Translations under genes and position numbers: made by a program
From: an uncultured Planctomycetota bacterium
GTDB lineage: Bacteria; Planctomycetota; Planctomycetia; Isosphaerales; Isosphaeraceae
Length of the DNA stretch: 64,000 bases
Direction: 5' to 3'
Assembly: GCA_963845755.1 (NCBI GenBank)
Contig: CAWJTV010000039.1
Location: 288,001 to 352,000 of the forward strand
The notes under the pieces: generated by a model
The model's input: the letters and a program-made list of their open reading frames with translations, nothing else
Told to the model about the DNA's origin: nothing
Database searches by the model: none
In this document: piece by piece, positions 53,460-64,000 of the stretch
Layout: each line of letters opens with the position of its first letter
Position numbering within the stretch: the first letter of the stretch is position 1

Positions 53460-56087
53460 ATGAGTGACCCCGCACTGACCCCGATGATGCAGCAGTATCG
53501 CGAGCTGAAGGCGCGCGATCCCGATGCGCTCTTATTGTTCCGGATGGGCGATTTCTACGAGATGTTCGGCGAGGATGCCGAACGGGCCGCGTCCTTGCTG
53601 GGCCTGGCGCTGACCTCGCGCGACAAGGGGGCCGACGCCATCCCGATGGCCGGTTTTCCCCATCCGGCACTCGATTCCTACCTGGCCAAGATCGTGCAGG
53701 CGGGCCTGCGCGCGGCGGTCTGCGAGCAGGTGGAAGACCCCAAGGTGGCCAAGGGGCTGGTGAAGCGGGACGTGGTCCGGGTCGTGACGCCGGGGACCTT
53801 GACCGACGAGGAATTACTCGACCCCAAGACGGCCAACTACCTGGCGGCCGTGGTGGAAGCCGGCGGGAAGCTGGGCCTGGCCTGGGTCGAGCTGTCAACC
53901 GGCCGATTCTCGCTGGCGGGCCTGCTGCGGACCGAATTGATCGACGAGATCGCCCGGATCAACCCGGCAGAAGTGCTGATCTCGGAGCTGAGCCTGGATG
54001 CGCCCTGGGTCCGGATGCTCCGCGGCCAGCCGCTGGGCGCGGTCACGGTCCGCCCGTCGTGGGACTTCCAGCCCGAGCAGTCGCGCAAGGCCCTGTTCGA
54101 TCAGTTCGGCACGACGACACTGGCGGGTTTCGGCGTGGACGACCGGGGCCTGGAGGTCCAGGCGGCCGGCGCGCTGATGGCCTACTTGCGCGAGACCCAG
54201 AAGACCGCGCTGGGCCACATCACCCGATTGGTCCCCTACCGCCGCGCCGATACCCTGGCGCTCGACGAGATGACCCGGCGGAGCCTCGAGCTGGTCCGGA
54301 CCCTCCGCGAGGGCAAGCGAGACGGCTCGCTCCTGAGCGTGATCGACCGTTCGGTCACGCCGATGGGCGCCCGGCTCCTGTCCGAATGGCTGACGTCGCC
54401 GTTGACGTCCGCCGAACAGATCGCCGAGCGGCTCGACGCCGTCGAGGAGTTGTTCACCCAATCGGTCCTCCGCGGCGACCTGCGGACGATGCTCAGCCAG
54501 TCGTACGACCTGGAGCGGCTGGCGGCGCGGGTCGGGACGGGTCGGGCCACGCCCCGCGACCTGGTCGCCCTGGCCCGGACGCTCGCCCTGCTGCCGAAGG
54601 TCAAGGCCCGGCTCACCGCGCGGGTCTCGAAGCGGCTCAACCAGCTCGAGGCCGCCCTGGAGCTCTGCCCGGAGATCCGCGCCGAGATCGAGGCCGCGCT
54701 GGTGGATGATCCGCCGCTGGCGATCAAGGAGGGCGGCCTGATCCGCGACGGGTATCATCCCGAGCTGGATGCGTTCCGAAACAATGCCAGCGGCGGCAAG
54801 TCCTGGGTCGCCAAGTTCCAGGCCGAGCAGATCCGCAAGACCGGGATCCCCAGCCTCAAGGTCGGGTTCAACAAGGTCTTCGGCTATTACATCGAGATCA
54901 CCAACGCCCAGGCCAGCGCCCGGGGCGCGAATATCCCGAGCGACTACATCCGCAAGCAGACGGTCAAGAACGCCGAGCGTTACAAGACGCCGGAGCTCAT
55001 GGAATATGAAGAGAAGATCCTCCACGCCGAGGAGCGGGCCTTCCAGCTCGAATACGAGCTGTACACGACGCTGCGCGACCGCGTCTCGGCCGAGGCGCCC
55101 CGATTGATCCAGGCCGGCGCGGTCCTCGCCCAGCTCGACGTGCTCACGGCGCTGGCCGAGCTGGCCGCCCGGCATGGTTACTGCCGTCCGGAGATCGTCG
55201 CCGAGCCGGTCTTCGCGGTCGAGGCGGGCCGGCATCCGGTGCTCGACGCCTTGATGCCGCCCGGCGACTTCGTCCCCAACGACATCCGGCTCGGGCCGGA
55301 CGAGGGGACGATCGTCGTGATCACCGGTCCGAACATGGCCGGCAAGAGCACGTATATCCGCCAGGTCGCGTTGCTGGCCGTGCTGGCCCAGATCGGCAGC
55401 TTCGTCCCCGCCCGTCGGGCGCGGATCGGGATCGTCGACCGACTCTTCGCCCGGGTCGGCGCCACCGACGAGCTGAGCCGCGGCCAGAGCACGTTCATGG
55501 TCGAGATGACCGAGACGGCCAACATCCTCCACAACGCCACCCCGCGCAGCCTGGTGATCCTCGACGAGATCGGCCGGGGGACCAGCACGTTCGACGGGAT
55601 CTCGCTGGCCTGGGCGATCACCGAGCACATCCACGACGCGATCGGCTGCCGGACCCTCTTCGCCACGCACTACCACGAGCTGGTCGAGCTGGAGAAGACG
55701 AAGCCGCGGCTCCGCAACGCCAACGTCGCGGTACGAGAGAGCGAGGGCGAGGTCGTCTTCCTCCACCAGATCGTCCCGGGCGGGGCCGACCAGAGCTATG
55801 GCATCCACGTGGCCCGGCTGGCGGGCGTGCCGGACGCGGTGCTGGGGCGCGCCCGCGAGATCCTCACGTTCCTGGAAAAGCAGCACGGCCCCGACCCCGG
55901 CCTGCCGGCCCCCGCATCCGAAGGTCCCATCCGCCGCAAGATCAAGACCGGACGCGCCCTGACCGGCAGCCTCTTCGCCGCGCTGCCGGACCCGCTCCTG
56001 GCCGAGCTCCGCCAGATCGACCCCGCCAGCCTGACGCCCGAACAGGCCCTCGACCTGGTCAGGCGGCTCCGGGAGCTGGCAGGCTGA
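53460..56087 (+). CDS. mutS: DNA mismatch repair protein MutS
   Basis: 'TPMMQQY', 'FRMGDFYEMF', Walker A 'GPNMAGKST', 'STFMVEM', 'DEIGRGTST', 'THYHEL', 'SYGIHVA'. Confidence 0.97.
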   Translation: MSDPALTPMMQQYRELKARDPDALLLFRMGDFYEMFGEDAERAASLLGLALTSRDKGADAIPMAGFPHPALDSYLAKIVQAGLRAAVCEQVEDPKVAKGLVKRDVVRVVTPGTLTDEELLDPKTANYLAAVVEAGGKLGLAWVELSTGRFSLAGLLRTELIDEIARINPAEVLISELSLDAPWVRMLRGQPLGAVTVRPSWDFQPEQSRKALFDQFGTTTLAGFGVDDRGLEVQAAGALMAYLRETQKTALGHITRLVPYRRADTLALDEMTRRSLELVRTLREGKRDGSLLSVIDRSVTPMGARLLSEWLTSPLTSAEQIAERLDAVEELFTQSVLRGDLRTMLSQSYDLERLAARVGTGRATPRDLVALARTLALLPKVKARLTARVSKRLNQLEAALELCPEIRAEIEAALVDDPPLAIKEGGLIRDGYHPELDAFRNNASGGKSWVAKFQAEQIRKTGIPSLKVGFNKVFGYYIEITNAQASARGANIPSDYIRKQTVKNAERYKTPELMEYEEKILHAEERAFQLEYELYTTLRDRVSAEAPRLIQAGAVLAQLDVLTALAELAARHGYCRPEIVAEPVFAVEAGRHPVLDALMPPGDFVPNDIRLGPDEGTIVVITGPNMAGKSTYIRQVALLAVLAQIGSFVPARRARIGIVDRLFARVGATDELSRGQSTFMVEMTETANILHNATPRSLVILDEIGRGTSTFDGISLAWAITEHIHDAIGCRTLFATHYHELVELEKTKPRLRNANVAVRESEGEVVFLHQIVPGGADQSYGIHVARLAGVPDAVLGRAREILTFLEKQHGPDPGLPAPASEGPIRRKIKTGRALTGSLFAALPDPLLAELRQIDPASLTPEQALDLVRRLRELAG

Positions 56088-56248
56088 CCAGTATCCGATC
56101 GTTCCTCGCGACATCCACACAATCTGCGGATGTGCCCTCGCCTGGTCCCACTTTTTTCTCCACCATGAGTCGAGTACAATCATGATCGGTATCGGCTCAG
56201 GCCAAAGGGCCGGTTTTTGTACGGGCAATCCGCGCGAGGGGGTTGGCG

Positions 56249-56551
56249 ATGGATGAGAGGCCGAGAAATGGGCAGTTGACATCCGTCGCTCCGGATCAAG
56301 CAACCCCAGAGACGACCAACCCCTTGGCCGCGATCGCGGAGGAAATCGCGACTTATCGGGCAAAGCTGCCGGAACTGATCGAGCACCAGGGGCAATTCGT
56401 TCTCATCAAGGGAACCGAGATCGTCGGGCTCTTCGACGAGGATTCGGCCGCCATCCGCGAGGGCCGCCGTCGGTTTGGCATCGCCCCCTTCCTGGTAAAA
56501 CGAATCACCGACGTTGAACGCGTGATCTACATCCCCAACGTGGTGATCTGA
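56249..56551 (+). CDS. Small DUF5678-like protein
   Basis: 'EIATYRAKLPELIEHQGQFVLIKGTEIVG...AIREG...FLVKRI'. Confidence 0.7.
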   Translation: MDERPRNGQLTSVAPDQATPETTNPLAAIAEEIATYRAKLPELIEHQGQFVLIKGTEIVGLFDEDSAAIREGRRRFGIAPFLVKRITDVERVIYIPNVVI

Positions 56552-56555
56552 AAGT

Positions 56556-56999
56556 ATGCCGCGACTGGAAGTGCCGATCAGTCCGAGAGGTCCCATCCTC
56601 GACGTGCGACTTTGCGCCGCGACCGAAGATGTGGACGCAATAGCCGCCGCGGGTCGCCTCGTTTCTCCTGCCTCTTCGGTCTCGGGACTCGTGGATACCG
56701 GCGCCGAGATGACCGCCATCGAGCAATCGATCATCGACTGGATGGGCATTCCAGTGATCAATTTCCTCGAAGCGACTTCGTCGGTGCTCGGGGATGAGGT
56801 TCGCATGGTCGGCGTCTACCGGCTTCGGATGACGTTTGGTTCCCTCGAAACCTCGGACGCACCCAGGTGGCGGACGATCTACGCCATCGGTGTGAAGGTC
56901 GTCTCGCCCGGAGCGGTCGTGCTGGTCGGGCGAGACTTGCTGGCGACCTGTCGTTTCACCTATGACGGCCGCAAACGTCGCCTGATGATGTCCTATTGA
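56556..56999 (+). CDS. Retropepsin-like aspartyl protease
   Basis: 'GLVDTGA' catalytic motif and C-terminal 'LVGRDLL...F'. Confidence 0.8.
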   Translation: MPRLEVPISPRGPILDVRLCAATEDVDAIAAAGRLVSPASSVSGLVDTGAEMTAIEQSIIDWMGIPVINFLEATSSVLGDEVRMVGVYRLRMTFGSLETSDAPRWRTIYAIGVKVVSPGAVVLVGRDLLATCRFTYDGRKRRLMMSY

Positions 57000-57182
57000 T
57001 GGCTAACGATCGTGTGCGGACGCTGCGCCTCGCCGATCGTTCTACACCGCTCGCGCGTTGCCAGGAACCCCCGGGCTCGCTTAGTTTAGAGGCATGGCGA
57101 CCGACGAGGCATACCGATCCGGAGTGGGCGCCCATTGTCCTGTTGGCAACGAGATCCCGATTCACGCTGGGTGACTCATTCG

Positions 57183-57716
57183 ATGATTCGTTACTTCCTG
57201 GTCCTTGCGGTCACGGGCGTGTCGTTGATGCTGGCGGACAGCGTCCTGGGCTTCATCGCCGCCAGCGAGCCGTTCGACCCTCACGCGCACGGCCGGACCA
57301 TCCACCTGTTATTCTCGCTCCTGACGATCATCGCCCTGCTGGGCATCCACTCGATCGTCTACACCTACTTCATGGCGACTGCGAAGTGGGCCAAGGAGGT
57401 GGTGCGCGTCTATCAGCTCCCGGACTGGTTCATCGCGCAGGCGACCAAGAACAAGCGGCGGGCGTTCCGGTTCGTCATGGGCAGCATGACGACGATCGCC
57501 ATCGCGACCTGGCTGGGCGGCGCGGCCGACACCCGCGGCTCGGCCTACGCCCTCTGGCACCTGGGTGCCGTGGCGTTGGCCCTGGCCTTCAATCTCGGCT
57601 CGTTCGTCGTGGAATACGGCACGATCGTCGGTCACGCCCGATTGCTCATGGAGTTGAAAGACCGGGCCGACCACATGCGCGAGGAGCGCTACGGCTCAGT
57701 AGGCAGTCGGCAGTAG
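57183..57716 (+). CDS. Hypothetical 4-TM membrane protein
   Basis: Four hydrophobic segments with several His residues ('IHL', 'IHS', 'WHL'). Confidence 0.75.
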   Translation: MIRYFLVLAVTGVSLMLADSVLGFIAASEPFDPHAHGRTIHLLFSLLTIIALLGIHSIVYTYFMATAKWAKEVVRVYQLPDWFIAQATKNKRRAFRFVMGSMTTIAIATWLGGAADTRGSAYALWHLGAVALALAFNLGSFVVEYGTIVGHARLLMELKDRADHMREERYGSVGSRQ

Positions 57717-57790
57717 GTAGTAGGCAGTGAATACCGATCCGAACTGGCCGGTCCCGACTGCCTACTTCCTACTGTCGACTACCTACTGCC
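57698..57790. repeat. Inverted heptamer repeat (AGTAGGC)n / (GCCTACT)n
   Basis: AGTAGGCAGTCGGCAGTAGGTAGTAGGCAGT...ACTGCCTACTTCCTACTGTCGACTACCTACTGCC. Confidence 0.75.
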
Positions 57791-57805
57791 CCGCTGGAGT
57801 CCCCA

Positions 57806-59025
57806 ATGAGACCGCTCGGGATCGTGGTGCTGATCGTGCTCATCGACCTGCTCGGGTTCTCGGTGGTCATGCCGCTCTTGGCCCCGTTCGCGAAGCAGTA
57901 CGGGTTCGAGGAATGGCGGATCGGGCTGTTGTTCTCGGCTTATCCGATGTGCCAGTTGGTGGCGGGCCCGATCCTTGGCCGGCTGAGCGACCGTTACGGC
58001 CGTCGTCCGCTCCTGATCGTCAGCCAGGCGGGGACCGCGCTGTCGTTCCTGATCCTGGGCCTGTCGCGCGACTACTGGATCATGTTGCTGGCGCGGATGC
58101 TCGACGGGGCCTCGGGGGGAAACATCCTGGTGGCCCAGGCCTACGTGGCCGACGTGACGAAGCCGGAGCACCGGGCGCGGGGCATGGGCCTGATCGGCAT
58201 GGCGTTCGGGCTGGGATTCGTGCTCGGCCCGCTGCTGGGCGGCCTGCTGCTGAGCCTGCCGGTGTCCGACGACTGGCGGCTCCGCCTGCCGTTCCTGGTG
58301 GCGGCCGGCTTCTCGACGCTGGCCTGGGTCCTCGTCTTGACCCGGCTGCCCGAGTCGCTCCGGCTCGAAGGCGCCGAGCGAAAGGCTGCGCGCGTCGTGA
58401 GCTGGCGCGGGATCCTCGACACGGTCAAGCTGCCGGGCGTCGGCCTGCTGGTCCTGGTGGGGTTCCTCGGCGTGCTGGGCTTCGCGTCGTTCGAGGGCAC
58501 GTTTGCGCTTTACCTTGGCGGGCGGTTCGGCTGGGACGCACGCTCGGCGGCTTTCGCGTTCGCCGGCATCGGGTTCTTGAGTGCCCTCGTCCAGGGAGGA
58601 TTGATCCGCCGCCTCGTTCCCCGGTTCGGCGAGGCGCGGTTGATCGTCGCGGGGCTGGTCCTGGCCGCGCCGGTTTTGCCGTCATGGCGGTCGCCGAAAC
58701 CGTACCCGGGCTGACCGGCGCCCTGATCGCCCTGGGCGTGGGGCAGGGGGTGTTGAGCCCCTCGGTCTCGGGCCTGCTCTCGCGGATCTCCCCGGACAGC
58801 GAGCAGGGAGCCATCTTCGGGACGCTCTCCTCCGCGCAGACGCTCGCCCGGATGGTCAGTTACTCGGTCGCCAACGTCCTGCTCGGCCGGGTCTCGACGG
58901 CCGCACCGTACTGGTGCGCCGTCGGCATTGACGTCCTGGCCTTGGTCGTCGCGGGTAACATCGTGCTCCAGTTCGGCCGGACGATGATCGAGGCGCCTTC
59001 GGATCGAGCCACCAGCGCCGTGTAG
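57806..59025 (+). CDS. MFS transporter (TetA/DHA1-like), frameshift near 58670
   Basis: 'IDLLGFSVVMPLL', 'GRLSDRYGRRP', 'AQAYVADVT', 'GFVLGPLLGG'. C-terminal TMs in the frame of 57727..59025. Confidence 0.88.
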
Positions 59026-59161
59026 GGTGCTCTGTGAGCACCAATGCTTCTGGTTCTGATGCATTCGAGCCACCAGCGCCGTGTAGGGTGCTCTGTGAGC
59101 ACCAATGCTTCTGGTTCTGATGCATCGATGCCGCTGGATCGGTGCTCACAGAGCACCCTAC
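59004..59161. repeat. 61-bp perfect tandem duplication (59004-59064 / 59065-59125) overlapping REP-like palindrome family B
   Basis: TCGAGCCACCAGCGCCGTGTAGGGTGCTCTGTGAGCACCAATGCTTCTGGTTCTGATGCAT x2, then inverted arm GGTGCTCACAGAGCACCCTAC. Confidence 0.85.
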
Positions 59162-60151
59162 GACTTGGCACTTCGTCGGGTCACGACCTCGTAGTATTGG
59201 CTCGCAAGCTTTTGAATCTGTTCGGCCCCCAGGACTCCCGATGCAAGATGGGCTGGGATCGCCGAGTCCCCCAACCGGGCTCCCGATAGCGCCCCGACGA
59301 TCGCGCCGAGGGTGTCGACATCGCCTCCCAGGTGGATTGCTTCGGAGACGGCCGTTGGCCAGGAGGTTTGATGCTGGAGCACCACCCACAAGGCAGCCAG
59401 GACCGTGGGGACGACAAAGGGCGTGATGATCGGCCGCGAGAACTCGGGCTTCGAAGCCCCGGCCCATGCGATGGCATGAAGGGCCGTCTCCCTGTCCTCC
59501 TGGAGGCGCAACGGAAGGCCCTCGATCAGGTCGGCGAACGTCGCCGCGTAAGGCCGGATCGCATCGGCGATCGAGCGGCAGAACGAGCCTTCATCGAGCG
59601 TCTCGAGGGTGGCGAGCAACTGGGCGGCCTTCGCGATCGCGATGCCGCCGGCCACACTCCGCGGGTCCTGGTGCGTGATCCGCGAGACGTCGGCCACCGC
59701 CGCTGGCAGTCGCTCCGGCTCGCGGAGGAAATAGAGCCCGAGCGCCGCCGTCCGCATCGCCGTCCCATTCCCGGCCTGCCCGACCGGGGCGCCGCAGGTC
59801 GCCCAGTCGCCGGTCTTCAGGAAGGCATTCGCCGCGAATGTGCAAGCCCCTCCCGGCCCGACGACGGAGTGATGCTTCCACAGCGAGGCGATGGAACGGG
59901 CAATATCCGCGGGCGAGAGGTCCCTCTGTCGGACGATGGATTCGATCGTCGCAAGCGTGAGCTGCGTGTCGTCGGTGTACTGTCCGCGCGGGTATCCTTC
60001 GACCTCGGCAAATCCCCGGAGAAGTCGCCTTTCGGCCAGGCAACTGGTGCTCCCAGTAACCCTCGAACGGGGCGCCAAGGGCATCCCCGACGGCGCAGCC
60101 GAACAGACAACCCAGGAATCGGCTCTTCAGGTCGGAATAGGGTTCGGGCAT
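59158..60151 (-). CDS. ADP-ribosylglycohydrolase family protein, frameshift near 60030
   Basis: 'GCLFGCAVGDALGAPFEG', 'YTDDTQL', 'GNGTAMR', 'ITH', 'GGDVDT'. Confidence 0.9.
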
Positions 60152-60218
60152 GAACGACTCCTTGCCGGACCTGTCTGTGAGGCCTGGTTCTGGTCTTCCC
60201 CGGTCCCCCCCCGACTCC

Positions 60219-62737
60219 TCACTTCTCAAGGTCCCGATCCAGATACCCACCGATCCAGCTCGGGTCGGTATAGCCGTACCGCGTCATCACCCGGACAACC
60301 TCATCGCGATGCGCATTGAGGATCTCGACGGCTTCCACGAGCGCCTGGGGACGCAGCCGGAGCAACTCGTTCGTCAGGTAATGTCGGACTTGCTTTCCCT
60401 TCGGGTTGGACTCCCTCGTCATCAGGTCGAAGAGCGTTTTCGCCTTTTCGTCGCCTTCGAGCGATTGTCCGGATGCGATCGTCTTCGCGGCGGCCAGGAG
60501 TCCCTGGGGATCGTTGCTCGACCAGTCGAGGATCGCTGGATTCACGGCCAGCCGATGAACGACCACCTTTTCGGCTTTCCCGTCTCGGTCGTACTCGACG
60601 AGCAATCCATCGCCCCAGAGACGCGCCAGCCAGGGGACGTACCGAGAGACCCACCCCGGCGCCGCGGGCGGCGGGGGCTTGCTGCGATCGGGCGCGTCGA
60701 GCAGGGTCCGCAACGCCCAGGCGCGCGACGCCGCGACCGGGTCGGCGACCGTCGCCACTCGAGCGCCCCTGAGCTGGCTGGGCTCGCTGGCGTACCAGGG
60801 ACGCATCGCGAACAGGAGCCGCGTGAACGACGACGCCTTCGAGTCCTGGGTCAAGAGCCAGACATACGAGAACTGGTCCGTGTCCATCTCCGGGGGCTGG
60901 ATGTCTCCTCGGAATTCACCCAGGGTCTGTAGCTCCTGGAACGTGACGGGGAGGGTCTTGTCGTTGAGGAACCCGACGCGGGCATTCGGTGGAAGCTTAC
61001 GATTGAGGTCCTCGATCACCGGCCCATTGAATGCGTCGTACCAGTAGGTCAGCTCGAACCCGCGCTCCCAGGCCCCGCGCGGGCCTCCGATCAGCTCGTT
61101 GTAATACGACAGCTCATACGGATGGATCCGGATCAACGCGAGTGCCGCCGAGCCCAGCACCAGCCCTGCCAGGGCCGGTCGCGCCTGCCACGAGGAAATC
61201 CGGACGAACCGGGTCAAGTAATCAGCCAGCCAGACCGTCCCCCAACCCGCAAAGGCCGCCAGGAAGAAGAAGGTGGGCAGGAACAGCCGGACGCCGTCGT
61301 GGGCCGGGGTCGGGAACATCCGGATGACCGGCAGACTCAGGAAGTGGATGAAAAAGTAGAACGGGAGCCGGTCGCGACGAATCCTCCGGAGCCCCCAGAC
61401 GATCCCGATCATCCCCGCGCCGAGGATGGCGGCCGGGACCGTGATACCCATCAGCACGAACGCATTGTGCCACGGCAGGCTGAACTCATAGAGCTGCCCG
61501 AAATAGAGGATCTGGATGTCGGGGAGCGACCCGCGCCGGGCGGTGCTGAGCGTGTAATAGTGGGTCAGGCGAGGGAGCGTCTCGACCCACCAGGCGGGGT
61601 TGCCCAGCCAGCCGACCACGGGCCCGAAGGCCAGGATCGCCGTCACGGTCTCGAGCACCGGCCGCTCGACGCCCCAGACCTTGCTCCTGGGGAAGAATCG
61701 ACCCAGCAGGCGCCGGACGACCCAGACCAGGAGCGGGATCGCCAGGATGACCCCGGGCCAGTCGGCGACCGGCCGATGGATGAACAGGTTCGTAAACTGC
61801 GGAAGCGGGAACTGGCGTTGCAACAACTGGATCTGCTGGAACGCCAGGAAGAGCGGCGCCAGCATCGCGCCGGTCGTGAGGAGGCCATCGATCCAATCCG
61901 CCCGGGTCCTGCGTTGTACGCTGACCCGGCCGTCGATCCAGAGAAACAGCGGGAGCAGGACCATCACGGCGGCCATCTTCTCGACGAACGCCAGGCCCAG
62001 CAGGATGCCGACGGCCACGCGCCATCGCCGCGCGTTCGGCTCGTACAGCCCCTTCCAGAACGCCAGGGCCGTCGACGCCCAGAGCAGGAGGCCCGGCGTG
62101 TCGGTATCGATCAGATGCGCCTGACCATACAGCCGGGGCATGAACAACAGCGAGCCAGCCATGACCACGCCCACCCAGGTCCCGTAACGGCGGGCGAGGA
62201 AATGGAAGCCGATCGCGATCGTCAGGGCGAACTCGAGGACCGACGCCATCCGCCGCGCCGGGATGTCTTTCATCCAGTGGCCGAACAGCCCGTACGTGGC
62301 CAGGTTCAACTGGCCGGCCAGCGGCGGATGGAAATTGATCCCGTGCCGGCCGTAAGGCCAGTGATACAGGAGCGTCAAGGGGTCGAACAACTCCCGGAGT
62401 TGGTCCCGCGATCGGACGTGGACCAGTTGCTCCCACCACTGGATCGACATCAACTGACTGAATCGATAGGCCGGCTCATCCCAGGTCAGGCCGAAATCGC
62501 CGACCGTGGGAATCAGCGCGACCAGGGCCAGGACCAGAACTCCGAGCGTCGCCAGTCCCAGCGCCGGGGTGGTCGGGCCGGGAGCGCCTCCGACGATTCT
62601 CGATCCACCGTCGAGCCCCGGACGTCCGCGACCTCGGCCTCCCGCCGAGCGGACGAATCCGCGAGGCGAACCCCATCCGCGCCCGCGGTTGCACGCGGCT
62701 CGGACTCCCCGACCGTTGTGGCCTCGGTTTCGTGCAT
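60219..62737 (-). CDS. Glycosyltransferase family 39 (ArnT/PMT-like) membrane protein; start uncertain
   Basis: 'GLTWDEPAY', 'HPPL', 'HDGVRLFLP', 'HPYELSYYN', 'TYWYD'. N-terminus MHETEATT... probably joined by a frameshift near 62555. Confidence 0.8.
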
Positions 62738-63038
62738 GCTGGTGCATCCCGGTAACGGTTCGCCTCTCCCTCCGCTCAATTATCGAGATGCCTCCGCCTC
62801 GCGAGCAAGCCGTCCTTCCCCAACCCGGCAAGGGAGGTTGGTAGGGTGTTCTGCACGACTCACTTTCGGATTCTTGCTCCGTGTGCCAGATTGTCAGACG
62901 GGACAAGATCGTAGTATTCTTCTCTGTAATCTCTGTGTCTCTGTGGTGAATCTCTTTTGATCCGTTGCGGAGCACCCCACGACCACGGTTCCGCGAAAGG
63001 GACGAAACGAAACACCGGAGGCAGGCCACGCGGGCGGA

Positions 63039-63521
63039 TCAATCCGCGTGCCAGGCGCCGAGGAGACGGCGGACCGTGACCATCTGTCCCAGGTGATAGG
63101 CGTTGTGATCGGCCACGAGCAGGGCCTCGCGGAGGATCGTCTGGCCCTGGCCGTGGGGGATCGGTGCGAACAGGTCCGTCTTCGGGTCCGCGACCAGGTC
63201 CTTCATCGCCTGGAGGTCCGTCCGGAACGCCGCGACACTCCGGTCCCAGGCTCCCGGGTCGGGCGGGGCGTCGCCCTCGGGCCAGTAGCCGGCCGGGAAA
63301 TCGGGCGAGACATGCTTCGGATCGACGCTGAACCGGAGGATGTCCCACTGGGCGATTCGCATGTGTTCGAGCAGTCGCCACGGAGTGTGCGGCAATCCCG
63401 CGACCTGCGCACCGCGTAATCCCGCCGGGAGATCGGCGATCGCTGCCTCGAAATCCAGGTGGGCGTGCCCCCCATCGAGCAACTCGGTCAGATGTTGCCG
63501 GAGCGGGTCGATGGCCTTCAT
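63039..63521 (-). CDS. DinB_2 family protein
   Basis: 'LLDGGHAH', '[15 protein letters not shown]', '[12 protein letters not shown]'. Confidence 0.88.
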   Translation of the reverse strand: MKAIDPLRQHLTELLDGGHAHLDFEAAIADLPAGLRGAQVAGLPHTPWRLLEHMRIAQWDILRFSVDPKHVSPDFPAGYWPEGDAPPDPGAWDRSVAAFRTDLQAMKDLVADPKTDLFAPIPHGQGQTILREALLVADHNAYHLGQMVTVRRLLGAWHAD

Positions 63522-64000
63522 CAGGGTCGTTCCTTTCGTAGAGCCTGCACCTTTCCGCGCGCACCGTCGATCCGAACGGACGGTAACCGAGGGACCCTCC
63601 TCATTATTGCCATCCATCGTATCCATCCGTTCCATTCGCCTCCAGTCCGGTAAGCGACCCCGGGGTCCTCCTCGAAGAGGTCAGCCCCGGATTCGCGGTC
63701 CCCGGCCCACGAAAACGGCCGGGAGATCGAGCCGAGGATCCGGGGAAAGTCAGACCATCGGCTTTCCACGACCCGGAGGATTTGCGACAATACGCCCGAT
63801 GTGACGCTGCTCCCGCTCGGGCTTCGGCACTGCGGCTGATCGATCCATCCGGGACGACGCCGTGCCCAAGGATTCTTCCCCCCATGGCCGCCGATGCGAT
63901 CCGATGCCCGCGTTGCGGCGCCGAACGACCCGCGAATGCTCCGGAGGGCCTCTGCGCGCGCTGCCTGACGTCCCCTGCGGTGACCGGTAAGACGCTCGGC

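Noticed and set aside
26..56363. Long antisense ORFs (e.g. 26..1858, 5790..8501, 31268..33262, 53895..56363)
   Set aside because: Shadows of real genes on the opposite strand, expected from high-GC codon bias. No motifs of their own.
59004..59161. Possible mini-CRISPR
   Set aside because: The two units are identical throughout, with no distinct spacer. It is a duplication over a REP palindrome.

Overview
High-GC bacterial chromosomal window, inferred to be Planctomycetota and probably Isosphaeraceae-like, based on the DUF1549/DUF1553 plus DUF1501 pair, a LEDRTLL export motif, DUF1080 and several palindromic intergenic repeat families. More than 20 single-base frameshifts split otherwise intact genes, most likely long-read indel errors, so several CDS below are reconstructed across frames. 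Contents: a ~2,500-aa repeat surface protein with a TIGR03118-like domain next to a PEP-CTERM gene; an inositol/sugar-acid catabolic cluster (iolE, iolD, enolase-family, HpcH aldolase) with a complete IS1-family element between iolD and iolE; transporters and glycosyltransferases; an S9 peptidase; a short THX ribosomal protein gene missing from the ORF track; STAS; mutS. The most unusual parts are: (1) a 7-gene minus-strand cluster (secreted (TAGQVG)n peptide, three secreted proteins, TPR protein, full-length HSP90-like ATPase fused to an NDT/TIR-like domain, pyroglutamyl peptidase); (2) an array of four attC-like sites with gene cassettes and no integrase in the window; (3) just upstream of it, a two-gene module of a 77-aa protein ending in -GG-IG and a Cys-containing partner, a candidate minimal ubiquitin-like system. 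Family assignments come from motif recognition, not database searches.
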